64,000 nt of DNA from Octopus bimaculoides (GCF_001194135.2 NC_068982.1:51206079-51270078), one strand, 5' to 3'; shown: positions 27,401 through 41,597, counted from the first letter of the stretch. Notes: generated by a model from the letters alone, not told the origin. A program made the numbers and translations.

Positions 27401-28358
27401 AAGTTAATTAAAAAATATATTCCTCTCTTGAATTAAACTTTTCCAACTATTTGTTTCTCTTCTTGTATAGGACAAAGCTGATCTGGTTGTTAGTACATCT
27501 ACCTAGTATATAACTATTTGACAGGCTAACATTCTGAACCTTGTGATGCAGATTATATATTGATCTATATTATCCAGCAGCCTTCTTTTTTTTTTTAATG
27601 ACTATAAAATCTGCTCATTAATCTACTTTCCTTGATATGGCCATTAAAATTAATCATTTATCTTTGAAACAACTCTATATGTTAACATAAGATTTATCTT
27701 CACAATCTTTATTCATATCTGCATATGATATTCAGTAAAAATCTTGTTTCGGTATCACTTATGCATATGTGACACAGCTATTGACATGTTTAATAACCTA
27801 TAAAGTTAACTTATTTACTCCTTTACTTTAAACTATTAAAATCTGAATTAACTTTTGCAATTTGTTTACATATCAAAAACCATTATAAGACTATCAGCTA
27901 TGAAGTTAATTATTGTAAAATCAGGGCAAAATAGTAGTTCTTTAGCATGCGAAAAGTTTTTTTAAAGAAAATTAGCTTTAAAATAAATTAAATACTATTA
28001 ATCTTACAAATCCTTATTATACATTTATAATTAGAATATAAAAGTTGCCTATTAGAAATAATTTGTCTTTTTTATTTTAAATTTATTTAATTCTTTATAC
28101 AATAAGTTACTATATTACTTTAGAATATTTTTTTTCCTAATTATAAGTTACTTTTCATTATATACATCATTTTCAAGCACTCCATGTTGTTTTGTAGGTT
28201 TCTGTAAATAATATTTCTTTAATGATGTCAATATTATATTAGATAACAAGACAGCTTCTAATTAATTTCAAGGTTTTATTTTATTATACATTATGTATTC
28301 ATTCTACATTTTTATGAAATGATCTTGGAATTTTTTATGCAATCAACTAAATGTACAG

Positions 28359-28466
28359 GGGCGTCGAGGAGAAAAAGGTTATCCTGGGCCACCAGGTGAA
28401 ATGGGTATAACTGGTGCTATTGGGAAAACTGGTGCAAAGGGTTCATTGGGACTTCCTGGACCTCAG
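28359..28466 (+). CDS. Collagen exon, 108 bp, [36 protein letters not shown]
   Basis: aatgtacag|GGGCGT...CCTCAG|gtatga; 12 triplets. Confidence 0.96.
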
Positions 28467-31400
28467 GTATGAATATGATTTTAATTTTTTAAATTGACTT
28501 TTTATGTTATTTTTTTACACAGTTCATCATTTTTTTTTATATCTTAAAATAATAGTTGTTCATAATCCGGAGAATATTATTTTTTAATATAGCAATAAGC
28601 AAAAGTAAAATTGAAATGAAAAAGATTTTATGAATATACTAATTTCTTACACTTATCTTAATAAATATCTTTTTACAGTGTGAATGGTTATAATTTAATA
28701 AATTAATGAATGCCTTTAGGTTGTTTGAGAAAAATGATAACACTTCATTTGTTATTTAATAAATTTAGAACTTCCTTAGTTTGATGTGATACGATTTTTG
28801 AAGAGATGACTCCATATATTTTAGAGGCTTTAGAAATATAATTCATAATATATGAGAAAATTAATTATACAAACTTACTCTGTTATTACATTTTTCTTAG
28901 TTTTACTATTGTCATTTAATGAATATATAATGATTTATATTTAAATGATATTTAAAATTATTTATATTTAATAATAACATTTATGAATTTATTTGAAATT
29001 CATCACTAAATAGCAATGTGAAACAATTTTCAGGATTTATTTAAATTTTTACTCATTGTATATGATGGCATATATTCCCTACTAATATTCTTTATATTAG
29101 TAGGGAATATTAAATGAATTGTTAGTGTTTTTAAGCATTTGATATTTACTTAAGTATGTAACTGCAGTATGGTAGAAAAAAAACTTGGACAAAATATGCA
29201 ACAAGGACATCAGGAAAAATCTTATCAATAATAATACTGCTGAAAATATACAAAACAAGAAGTAACAGAAAATATTTTACATCTCTGTAACAAGATACAA
29301 ACAGAGATGAAAATATGAGTATATCAGGAAACCAGACACGGAGAACAGTCATTTACAATGAAAAATTCCATATTTTACACCAGAGAAAGCATTTTCTATG
29401 CAATGGCTGTTTTCATATTTATTCATAAACCCTGCTTTTCATAAGCCTTTAACACCAGTATCCCATTTCTACAAAGGCCTGAGTTTCTTGTTCTTCTAAT
29501 CTTCTAGCCTCATTAGATACCATTTTGGTAGAAACACATTTCTCTGTATACTCGATTATCATCTGATTTTTTTAACTTCTCATGTTCTAGCTGATGTCAG
29601 GCTGGACAACCTTTAGTACTTTTATAGAATTTACTCAGTTACATTCATTCAGACTAAGTCTCCAGTTTGAGCATATCTTCCATCCACCAGTATGTAGACT
29701 ATGGGCAGTCTTCCATCCTTATTAAAAGATAAGAAGACAAATAGACATAACACACGTTATACAAAAGCAGAAATAGATACTGTTTACTTTTAAGGTTTGG
29801 ATATTGAGCCAAGATATTCATCTCAGGATATCCACCTTCAATTTTCATAATATTTTTTTTTTATTAAAGTACCCAAAACAATAATGATGATGATGACTAG
29901 ATAATATTACAATATTATAGAGTTCAGTTTAGTAGATGTACCAATAGTCTATGGCATCTAGGTAAACATTAGTTTGTCAGATATTTCAATGTTGCATATA
30001 AAATCCAAAATTTGAGAAATTTCAGACTGAGAAAAAGTGGGTAATATATGCCATCAAATATGGTAACTGATTTTTATCTTCTTGTGCCTTAGAAAAATAT
30101 TTTACATTCCTTATTTTGAATCTTAATAATATGTATAGTTCTTATAGTAACATCAACATTTACCTCCATATTAATTTGTAAAACATCAAACACAACAAGT
30201 AATTATTCTTCATAATATTTACCTTTCATGTTTTACAATATAAAAAATGAATAGCCTAAAATAATTTTAAGTGCACATAACTCTACAAAGTCATAGTGTA
30301 ATGGAACAAGTGGGGCTAGGGTAAAGGATGGTATAAATTTTATAACTTAATTTTTCTTGCACTGATTTGAGCCATTTATTTTTTATATTTATATACCATT
30401 TCTATTACCACTATCATCATCATCAACATCATAACATCTGTTTCTCCATGCCAATGTGTCATGCAGCATTGCAGCAATCTATTGTCCTTCATTATACTTT
30501 TACTATGCATCGAGTTGATGCCTAAGGACCGAGATGATTAGCTATTTACTGCGCTTGAGTAAACCCATTTGTCATAGTGAAAATAAGGTTCTAAAAGCAT
30601 TATGTTTACATCTGTACACTCTTACCCCTGCATCCAATCTGTCCCCATCAAGTCTCTCATTTCTTAACACCTATCCCTCCCTCCCTCACTCTTCTAACTA
30701 CAGCAATGTTCAGTAATTATAGAAGAGCAAAATCTGCACATATTTCATCTTCCCGTGTACTATCAATCACCTCCCATCTCACTAGAACCACTTTATTTTC
30801 TACTGATCACTCTTTCTGTGCCACCAGTTACTTCAGCTTCCCTTCTGAAATACATTGTTGGACTGCCATACCTTAACACCCCCCTCATATCTCCTATCAT
30901 TCTCAACACTTCATACCTGCTGTTCATGCACACAACCCACTGTTTCCCTATATTCACTATAGCCCACCCCATATACTTCTCACATCCCTCTATATCTCTC
31001 CTGATCAGCCACTGTAGGATGCACTGTGATCCACCTTTTTCTCCTGCATGATGTCCCAGTCATCATCGACAATGATAGACAAGCATTACATTACCCCTCC
31101 CCCCTCTCTCACACACACATTCATACTATCTCCCTATTTTCTTATCTATCTACAGGTTTCTTATACTGCTGCTCTCTGCCTTTGTACTGCCACACACCAC
31201 CTCCTCCTTCCTGAATCCTCATTATTTTCACCTCCCCCATACCTATCCTGATATTTACTATCAACCACACTGCCAGACTTGTTCATTATTCACAACATTC
31301 ATCCCCATATCTAACCATCTGTCACTTTTATGAACTCATTCACTCACACTTTGTCATCTTCTGTTTTCCCATCTTCTATACCCATCTTCTTGTACCTGGA

Positions 31401-31639
31401 GGATATAATTTGACACCTTTTTACCATCATCTTTGTCTTCTTTCCAGCTACTCCTACCCACCTTTATAAAATGCAAGGTAGCCATGTATCTCATCTATAA
31501 CAAGATACCTGTGCTCATATATCTATCATACCTGAGCTTTTCAAAAGCTGGCTTAAAACTACCTCCCTTTCTACTACAACCTCACCTAGTTGGGGCTCTT
31601 TTCCTTTATATCTTGTGAGTTACTTGGCAACCTCACTTG

Positions 31640-31850
31640 TGTTGGAATCATGAAAAAGCATCCACTACACTCTATGAAGTGGTTAGTGTCAGAAAGAGCA
31701 TCCAAGTATAGAAACCATGGCAAAGCAAACATTGGGGCTCAATGCAATCCTCTAACTCATTGGATCCTGTCAAACCATCCAACCCATACCAGCATGGAAG
31801 ACAGATGTTAAAATGTTGTTGTTGATGACGATGACGAAGGTGATGAGGAT
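31640..31850 (+). mobile_element. RTE LINE 3' end, sense orientation, degenerate
   Basis: aaaagcatccactacactct...ccatccaacccataccagcatggaagacagatgttaaa plus (GAT/GAC)n tail; reverse complement of the 14638 and 42005 ends. Confidence 0.75.
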
Positions 31851-32120
31851 ATTTTCTTTCAAAGTTGAGAATTTAATTTGTGGAGGATATTTTGTCATCT
31901 AAAATATCCTCATCACATATGTAGAGAAACTCAGAGTAGTGACAGAAGTGAATCATCACTTCTGAATAATTAAATAAACTGTAGTACATGCTGTTGATAC
32001 TCTTCCATCCATTTGTTTTTGTGCGTGTGTGTGTGCATGTGTGCGTGTGTACGTGCATGCATGTATAAATCATCTATATTATTAAATCACATTAACATTT
32101 TTTTACATTGTCTTCCACAG

Positions 32121-32192
32121 GGCCAGCCTGGTCCCCCAGGCATCCATGGTATAGATGGTTTGGATGGAAAGCCTGGAGAAGCTGGACCACCT
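32121..32192 (+). CDS. Collagen exon, 72 bp, GQPGPPGIHGIDGLDGKPGEAGPP
   Basis: tgtcttccacag|GGCCAG...CCACCT|gtgagt; 8 triplets. Confidence 0.96.
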
Positions 32193-33728
32193 GTGAGTGC
32201 TTTTCTTTGGGATATGCTATTGTAATTTTGAGGTAAACAATAGTATGATTTGCAATTCTGTGTTTTCTCATAAGAAAAAAATTCCCACTGTGAGAATATG
32301 AGTTTTGTAATTGATAGCATTTTAGTGGGAATTGCACTTTTCTTGAGCCTGAGAAATTGAATACTGAAATTATATCGATAGTATAGAATTTATCTGACCA
32401 TTTGTTTATTCAGTAGATTTAGAGATGTTGTGGACTGATTCTATGTTCTGATGAGTACAATAAACATAGTAAAGACATTGTAAATTCTTTCATAATTCTA
32501 TCAATACAGGCCATATTTTACATTTACAAATATATATGTATTAAAATTTAACAAGCACACCACTTGGTTTTACAAGTGGCATCTAATAATAGAAACATGG
32601 CCAGAGCCCTAATGATTCAAATACATTATATAAAATTGCTTAAATTTTCAACTATGCAATTGTAAGATAATAAATAAGAATAGAAAGTAATGATGAATAT
32701 ATAAATTTTCACTTTATAAGAGTCATTCTTATCAAACAATCTATTATTGTGTACAACTTTCAATACAGCATAAAATAAACAAAATCAAATGCATCCAGTT
32801 TCATACTAAAACCATTTTTGTTCATTGCAAAGTTAAACATAGAAAAGATACAGAAACACTATGACTTGAAGGTACTGTCTGATTGAAAATTTGAGTAATA
32901 ATCAATCTTAGAACTTACCTGCAATATCTAATCTCTTTGAATAAAATTTGTCTCTCATCTTCATATTGCCTTTATAATTCTCTCTTCTGAAAGGCAACTT
33001 TTTTTTTTATCACTTATATCTGTTAACGTAAAATCATTGTCCTTTTTCTGAAAAGTAGTCAAATATGAAAGCAAGTTCCGTTGATTTTTTTCTTCATTTC
33101 AAGCAGTTATATAAGTTTCCAATATGTATTCCTTTTCTGAAATTAGTTTGTGGTACAAAAACAATTCCTTGTTTTAATTTTTCCATTTGTCATTAATCTA
33201 GAAATAATATATGAGACATCTCTATATCATCATCATCATCATTACCATCATTATCATATTTTTTCCAACATTGTAGTGATTGTCTCTATCATGAACAAGT
33301 CCTCTCGACTCTATACACTCATACTTTCCTATCACCATTGAATTTATAGCATAGACTCAGTACCATTCCACTAGAACTAGAGAGGTTGTTCATCGAAGAA
33401 CTAAAGAGTTTTCTCTATATTACATAATTCTTATATTGAGTTTCTACTTTCCTTGACATGACTCTCCATTGTGTTGGGAGGAGGTTTCTCTAACTAGAGG
33501 CTCACAGTGGAAATCTAGCACCATTGAGAACAATAGTTATCTATGTCATGTGGAGGGAGGACCAGTTATAGATACTACCAGGATTAAATAGTGACACTAC
33601 TTTCCAAGAATCCTATAGAAGCCCTGAATAAAAGTTGACTGAGGTTTTTAGTCAAGGTTCCCGCTCCTAAACAAATTGTCTTTGCTTTAGCTTGTTGAGT
33701 CCAGTTCCCTGTGCAATTATGGCAGAAC

Positions 33729-33766
<38 letters not shown>

Positions 33767-34304
33767 CTGGGTTTGTTCAATCAACTTGTACATAAGAAAT
33801 CACAACTCTCCATGCTGAAAGAGGAAATTAAGCTACTATAGGAGATGTTGGTCAAAGATGGCTGGAAAAAAGGTTTGCCTCAGCTTTGTAGGTAGAGTGG
33901 GGGGTAGAAACTTTGGCTAATAACTGTTCTCCTCAGATTTTGTTGGTTAGTAAATGGGTTGGGTATGAGCACTTGTCAGCCTGTGTAGAAGAATTTATAA
34001 TAGTAATTTCAAAATATATATTTAAAATTAAATTTGACTTGTGTAGAATTATTTGAATTAGCTCAATTAAGAATGGATTAATTGTGAGAGGTACTAATAC
34101 AAAGAAAACAGCTTTCCATCTATATGTTATGATCAAAACAGTAGTAAAAGCTCACAAATTCTATTGAACCTGTCAGTTATTCTGATTCAGCCAGTATGAA
34201 GTAAACCTAAAGAACTTCTTGAGAAGGTTTTTCAAACAAGTGATAAATTACAAAATTTTAATTTTAGATTAGTAGCTAGAAGTTTTTTTATGAATATGTG
34301 TATG

Positions 34305-34640
34305 TGTGTGGCCATAGCATCTCTGGATGTTTAAGAAGGTTATACTTTGCTCTCACACAATTCCAGGTTCAATTCCTCTATATGGCATCTTGGACAAGTG
34401 TCTTTTTCCATAGCCTCAGGTCAGCACTAGCTTGTGAGTGAAATTGGAACAATGAAAGTTGCGTGAAAGTCTTTGGGATTGTTAATATAATTCAAAGATC
34501 CAACTTTGTGTGATGTTGATTCTACCTGAGGATTGCAGTAAGAGTCCACGTGTCTGTTGAATGTTCAGTCATATGTTAATTCACTTAGCAAGTAATTTGA
34601 TTGACCAGACAACTGAGTACTTATCATCGTAACCAACCCA
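34305..34640 (+). mobile_element. Degenerate tRNA-derived SINE
   Basis: ggttcaattcctctatatggcatcttggacaagtgtctttttccatagcctcagg, homologous to the 52981 copy. Confidence 0.65.
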
Positions 34641-34684
34641 ACTGAGTTACCTCTATATATACATATGTAGTATATGTACATATG

Positions 34685-34696
34685 TGGTCGTGTGTG

Positions 34697-34730
<34 letters not shown>

Positions 34731-34835
34731 ATATATATATATATATATGTATNNNNNNNNNNNNNNNNNNNNNNNNNNNNNNNNNNNNNNNNNNNNNNNN
34801 NNNNNNNNNNNNNNNNNNNNNNNNNNNNNNNNNNN

Positions 34836-34919
<84 letters not shown>

Positions 34920-35130
34920 CATACATATATATGTATGTGTATGTGTACATGTATATATATATGTATATGTACGTACGTATATGTATATATATATATGTAT
35001 GTATATCATATGCATGTATAAGTATATATGTGTGTGTGTATGTGTATATGTATATATATGTATGTACATGTATGTAGGTGTATGTGTATGTATGTATGTA
35101 TATGTGTATGTATATATGTATATGTGTATA
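34685..35130. repeat. Compound (AT)n/(GT)n/(ATGT)n microsatellite field including an 83-N gap
   Basis: Direct reading; source of several spurious YIYI ORFs. Confidence 0.95.
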
Positions 35131-35740
35131 CAAGGTCTGATCAATAAGTATCCAGACTATTGCCGTTGTAAAGAAGCTAAAGCACATAGTAAAGCCACTT
35201 GGCAAAGATTGACCTTGAACTTTGCTATGCATGTACACTAAGTTCTGACATTCTGGCTCACTTCTGCTGTTTACAGCAGTGCTTGGAAGGAAAGTGTGTA
35301 GTGTGTGATCATTGCTTTGACCATGACAGAGAAAGTTATCAAGGTGATACCTGCTCGAAAGCCTACTCAAAGTTGCAGAAAGTGTATGAGCTGCACACAA
35401 GTGTATGAGTGGTTCAGGCATTTCAAAGATGGCCGCAAAAATGTCGATACTCACAAATGTTATGGGAGACCCACAACCAGCAGAACTAAGAAAAACATTG
35501 CAGATGTGCGCACAGCTGTGAGGGGAAATCATTGAATCACCATCTGTGAGTTATAAGAGGATGTGCAGATTAGTTACGGTTCAGTTCAGTCCATTATCAC
35601 CAAAGATTTGGGTATGAGACACGTGTCTGCCAAGTTTGTGTCAAAACTACTTTCAGCTGACCAAAAAGACACTCACGTTTCAGTTGCACAAGATCTCCTT
35701 GATTGTGTCAAGAATGATGAAAACTTTTTTAAAACTTTGC
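35131..35740 (+). mobile_element. Mariner transposon 5' fragment
   Basis: TA plus TIR-like CAAGGTCTGATCAATAAGTATCCAGACT; [16 protein letters not shown]...GRPTTS helix-turn-helix region and LGMRHVSAKFVSKLL; truncated before the catalytic domain. Confidence 0.85.
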
Positions 35741-38542
35741 ATAGGCTTCTAATGATGTCATTTGCTTGCTATCTACTGTAAAAGCAAATCTAGGTTAATC
35801 ATCATCACATCTCTACTTTTATAACAATAATCTCTTGCTAAATGTATCCCCTGGTATTACTATAAAATTCATATACATCCAGTGGATTGATTATTCTCCA
35901 CACATTTACACAATTAATTACATTGACCATGTTACATCAGAATTTAGTAAAGATGAACTTGGCAATTGAATTATTGATTGAATTTGCAGTAAGTACTACT
36001 GGTGCTGCCCCTTCAATATTCTTTTAATTTCTATTAAAGGAAATGTTGCCCTATATTATCCTATTAATTAATTCTATATAGGAATATATTATATTTAACT
36101 TTGCTTTATGATGTACAGAAATATCATGAGTGAGTCATAGTTGTTTCCTTCTCAATAATTTTCTGACAATTTCCACAATTATAGGAAAGTTAATAGTTAA
36201 TCCAATCTATATACACAACAACTAATACTTAAACATCTCAGAAACAAAAATGCTAGTTGCTTTTGAATACCTTTCAGCTAATTTAATGAGCTAGCAGCTT
36301 TACTTTTTAAGTTACCATTTAAGAGACTTTGTTATTACTTCGGTTTAACTGTCATAACAGCCTTTGAGCAAGAGTGTTCTGTTGACAGTTTTCTATCATT
36401 CACTCAAGATTTCACCTATACCTTCTGCACTCGTTATTGAATGAACAGCATATGAGATATACTTTTTCTTATTTTTTTAGTAACAATTTGAGGAAAAATG
36501 AACTGTTACCTAAGTCAATGTTGAAGATATAATAACTCTTACCAGATTTCCAGATATACAATATTTACCATTCTAATTTGAGTTATCTACTCATCAGAAT
36601 TCATCTTACAACTGAATGTAATCCAGCAAAAGAGCAAACTAATATTCATGGTAACCAACTAAATTCAAACAGAGAGCTTTTTATGGAAATTTTCCTGTTT
36701 TAATTACCCCAGTAACATATTACAAGTACTTATTCTCTTGCAGAATGACAAACAATCTTGACATATTTTGATTTGAAAATTTTGTGGAATTGGTATAAAT
36801 TATCAATTCCCTGTTATTATGAATTATCTATTCTAGTATTCTGTTCTTCTTTGTTAATATATTTTATTTAGCAACCAGCATATATTAAAGAATTCATTTT
36901 TAATAATTATTTTATTTTTAAAGTTTTTAATCTTGTTTCCACAGATAGAAAAAAGGAAAAGCACTATAAAAATAGCAATAACTCTTATAGTAATAGGTTC
37001 ATGATTAAATAAAATAGACAATTCAAGATAATAATATCTTAGTTAAGTAAAATGTCCAAGATTTTTTTTTTCAAATTGCTTGTTTCATGTGCCCACAACC
37101 ACTATGGCAGTTTCTGTAAATATTCATACAAACAGGTGGTAACATATATGTAAATATATTACTAATAAGAATACCATAAGGAATGAATATCACTTCCAAT
37201 TCTTAGCTAAATGATTTATATCAAGAAAGTATCCAGTTTAAACCCTTAGTCAAACATTAAAATTACAAATCCATTAAATTCATATTAATAAGAAAATAAA
37301 ATGTTTAAAAATTTGCCATTAGTTGTAAACTTTTAACTCATCTAACATAAACATGCTGCAGGACTCCTTATCTTCTGAACTTCATGGCACTTGAAGTCAG
37401 CTGACTATCTCTGGTAGTTACTATGCTTCACTCCTATGCCACCTGAGATAGCTAAGCTGAAAACTGAAATCTCTGTCTTAGATATGTCCATTTATATCCC
37501 TCAAAACCAAAGCCACAACTCCAAATCTTGCAGGTGATTCACACATAGCCGTAGTACTGGAAAAGAGCATGGCTTATAGCATCTTAAGTGAGTGTGCTAT
37601 AAGGGGTTTATATCTCCTTATGGCACACTCACTTCCAGTGCATGAATGACTATTTTATTTACCACTGCAACTCCTGTGAGACTTCTATCCAAAAAGTAAA
37701 TGTACTTTTGTGCATCATATAATCTGCAAGTTCTCGCACTTTTCAAACTACAGCCAGACCAACTGCTCCCTTACTAAGATCTCTACTAACTTAGCAGAAT
37801 CCTTCTATTCAACATTTCCCAACCAAGATGGCTCTATAAGCAGTACTGCTATGTAGACAGTTTCCACTAACTCCACAATGCATTCCTTCTTCATTCCACA
37901 GATCTCACCATCATAAGTGCACTTTTCAAACCAACATGGCCACTGATTCCAAAAATTCTTCTTTTGTTATTCTTCATTAGAGAATTAATTGTCCCACTAT
38001 TCTTGTTGAATTCAAATGCAAATGAGATCTACAGTGGCACACTGCTCCACTTCTGGAGCAGTGCTGTTGCCCAAATATAGACGTATACATTCAGAAGAAA
38101 GCCAACCTTAATGACCTGTATGGAATTACTCACTGATACACTCAACCACTAACCTACAAGCACACCGTTTCCTCAAATTAATGTTTCTGTTGCTACTGCA
38201 ATGGCCTCTTCTTTGAGCTGACTGGTTGTGAATCACATCCATTCAGCTTACACATCTCTTTGAAGTTTTCTCCCCACTTTTGCTTTTCTTTAAGTTATTG
38301 ACTAACTTAACAACTGTTCAAGATGAACATCAACCATATTAATGTCAGTAGTCTGAGATTGTCAGCAATGATCATGAGTGCTTCCTTCTTCCTGAAGAAG
38401 CAATTAAAAAGCTTTTCACTGTTTCTCTCTCTTCAGACATAATCCACTACAAAGAAGAGCACCTCTCTGACCCTGCCAACTGTTGCCTTGTGTGTCTCAT
38501 TTCTAACATCTCAAAAAATAATTGAAGCAGTCATTTCCCCAA

Positions 38543-38544
<2 letters not shown>

Positions 38545-38634
<90 letters not shown>

Positions 38635-38640
38635 TCTCTC
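38545..38640. repeat. (TC)n microsatellite inside the CR1-like element
   Basis: About 48 TC units. Confidence 0.97.
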
Positions 38641-39039
38641 CTTCTCACTCTCTATAACCACTAACTAGTACACTTTCTTTAGAGCCCGTCTACCCTTGAG
38701 AAGTTTGCCAAAAGCAATGTCATTGCATATGACCACAGCAAATCTCAAAACTAACTGCAGACTTAAGGATTTCATTTGTGTCATCTTATGGACTGGATAC
38801 TTCCTGTCATTTCATACCATTCCTGCATGTACTCACTGAGATCTTAGTGACACACAGTTTATCAACTCTGGTGTACCCTAAAATTTGACTGTGACCTCGA
38901 CAACCTTCCTTTTGTACATTAACCAGTTTGCTATCAGCCCTAAAAATCACTAACTTCTGTGTAGATGATATCACTTTGCATTACTCCTTAACTTTCAATA
39001 CACTGGTATCACACACTCACACAACTGGCTTCTTTCAGT

Positions 39040-39175
39040 TTCTATCTGCTAAACCCACACACAAGGCTTTTTCAGTCCAGGACTCTAGTAGACATACTCA
39101 AAGTGCCATGTAGTGGGACTGAACCTAAAACCATGTGACTGGGAAGCATGCTTCATAACCACATAGCCATGTTTT
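39040..39175 (-). mobile_element. tRNA-derived SINE head nested in the CR1-like LINE
   Basis: caaagtgccatgtagtgggactgaacctaaaaccatgtgactgggaagcatgcttcataaccacatagccatg is the reverse complement of the 52981 head. Confidence 0.7.
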
Positions 39176-40902
39176 AGGAAATACTCATACTCTACATCTA
39201 AATTACTACAAAGCTTAAGAAATATCCGCAAAGGAGTACTGCTGCTCTATACACAAATATTTTGCACCACATCTAAAAGCTCATCCCCTACTGATAAGCA
39301 AATACTCACTAACACTCTACAACTTCTGGCTCATAGACATGTGGCCTCCTCTCTCTACTTATCCTATTGCTACCAAGAAACATCTGCTCTTCTGAGTTAC
39401 CTAAATTTATATCACCTCTACACAGACCTATAAAATAGTTTTCAGATCTACTTTCCTATCTGAAAAAAGTTTGGTGATCTAAATACAATATTTTAAAAAT
39501 CATTATTTTCAAAGTCTCCAAAGCATGCATTTCCTTTCTGCATAGAGTTAAGAAAATATTCTTAAAAATTCAAATTTACAAAGTAAATTTACAAAGTTCA
39601 GTACATTTGTATAAATATGTAATAATGGTGGGAAATTATTTTTGATAAGTGAAAAAACCTTTCCAAATTTTTTTTTTTTTTAATATTGGTGTCTTACTTG
39701 AAAAGAAAAAAAAACAAAGTTTCATCATGATTTTATTTTCAACAGATTATAAAATATCCTGAAATAATAATAATTTGCCAATTGATCCCTATAATGATAT
39801 ACATCTGTCATGATCATTTATAGACAAAATTCCTTTTATTATTTTTTGTCTTTTATTTCCACTTATCTGGCTTTATAAGAGTGCAATCAATACCAAAATG
39901 TCATCTTATTCGAAAACGATTTTTTTTGTAGTGTGAATTTTTTATATACCATACTATAGTACTGTTTTAAGGAAAATTCTGCAAACTATGCCTAAAATCA
40001 CATTGGCATTTAAATTGATTTAAAGTCATTCAAATTAATTTAAGATAAGCAATGCACTATTTTAAGTTTTCAATTTTTTTATGGACAGATATTTAGATAT
40101 AAAATGGGTAATACAAAACCACTGCTTTGGCTTTAAGAATTTCAAAAATTTAAACATGCATGCATCCAAAAAATTAGACATGCATGCTCCCATTTCCTTT
40201 CCTTTCCAATACCACCCTCCTCACTGGAGTCACCCAAATAGCCAGCACTTCTGCTATACTCATTTACTATTTAATATGCTCCTTTTGTAATTCCCTATAT
40301 ACTAAACATTTGTCTTGATAATGATTCTTTTACTGCATGCTATTTCTGTTCTACAAATCACTCCACCAAATATCTCTACATGTTCGGTATAACTCTGTGC
40401 AGAAGTTCCCTAAACTCTCCTCGACAATGTGAACATGAACTTATTTTCAGTTTTCAAGTTTTCTTAGACACCATACACATATACACATTACTTTATCATA
40501 TAGCCAATCCCTAAAATCCATCCCTACCTCACTCTATCCACCCTTCTTTCTATTTTTTTTTTCTTTTCTCTACTTTTACCAATTAACAGCCACCTCTCCT
40601 ACCATTCTGTTATTGAACATTGATATGTTCGCGTTTTTTTCTTGAGATGTCTACTATATAAGGACTTTAACCCACATGGATATATGCAGTATTGCACCTA
40701 AAGAATTACACTCATGGATATATGCAGGATTGCACCTAAGGGCTCATGCTTTGGTTTCTATGTATTTGGAAAGTTGAACTATGAACTTTTATGCCTCTTT
40801 TTTCTTCTTTCTTTCCATCTCCATATTCTCTTACTCCTTTCCTCTATGTTATCATCTTATTGATATATACCATTCTCATTTTCCATATTTTTTCCCCAAT
40901 TT

Positions 40903-40958
40903 ATCTCTGATGATGGAATATCCCATACTCAAGGATATCCCAGAAACAGCTGTAAGAT
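40903..40958 (+). ncRNA. Minimal type I hammerhead ribozyme motif (Penelope-associated type)
   Basis: ATCT-CTGATGA-TGGAATATCC-(9 nt)-GGATATCCCA-GAAAC-AGCT-GTA^AGAT: full catalytic core, stem II 9/10 bp, stem I 4 bp, palindromic stem III. Confidence 0.8.
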
Positions 40959-41544
40959 TTTGAATTTCTTCCTGTAATAATATCGTATATGACTTGAGAT
41001 GTTTGCCTTGCCTTAATGTTTGATGCCCTGTTTAACAATTATATATCCGCTGCATCGGAAATCTGCAATGGCTTCATAACTACTGTCTCAGCTGTAACCT
41101 TGGAGCCCCAGTGGTCCGTTACAGCACTTACCTAGTGTAGCTAATCGTTTAGATCCCTTGTGAACTAAGCCCTCATACAAATGACATATAGTGATAGAAA
41201 ATGAGATAACACATTTTCTGTCACTATATGTAATTTTTTAATTACTGATATGACATAATATGTCACATGTGTTTGTATATTGTTATTATTGTCCTTTTAG
41301 TAATCTAAAATAAACAAATTGACACAATACAGTGTCTGCAAGTTGATGAATACTACCTATTCCCCTCCATTTTCTTATTGCTATATAAATTAATGGTAAA
41401 ATATCTTTTTACCCTCACCCATTTATTGCACATTGTAATGCAAGGAAAAAAACACTAGTGTAATAATAATTGGGTATTCTTCCAGCAGTATATTGGATAG
41501 ATGTTATCCCTTAGTGGGTTGGATTCACAACCCCTAACTATCTT

Positions 41545-41545
<1 letters not shown>

Positions 41546-41597
<52 letters not shown>
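41546..41597. repeat. (AT)n microsatellite
   Basis: Direct reading. Confidence 0.95.

Larger units (their letters stand above)
37350..39460 (+). mobile_element. Decayed CR1/Jockey-group LINE ORF2
   Basis: NLAGDSH (GDFN-like endonuclease motif, ~37525); LSDPANCCLVCLISNISK (NYRPISL-like, 38464-38515); INSGVP*NLTVTSTTFLLYIN and FCVDDITL (GVPQGS/YADD-like, 38860-38980). Confidence 0.72.

Noticed and set aside
34624-35241. Long ORFs rich in YIYI/THTH (also 22151-22605, 50179-50473, 53223-53521) and poly-X ORFs at 9475-10522
   Set aside because: Translation artefacts of microsatellites and N gaps.
36535-36600. Minus-strand CTGATGA...TATCTG-GAAA-TCTG-GTA-AGAG, hammerhead-like
   Set aside because: Stem I only 2 weak pairs, stem III non-palindromic and stem II offset; could be an ancient relic but not supportable.
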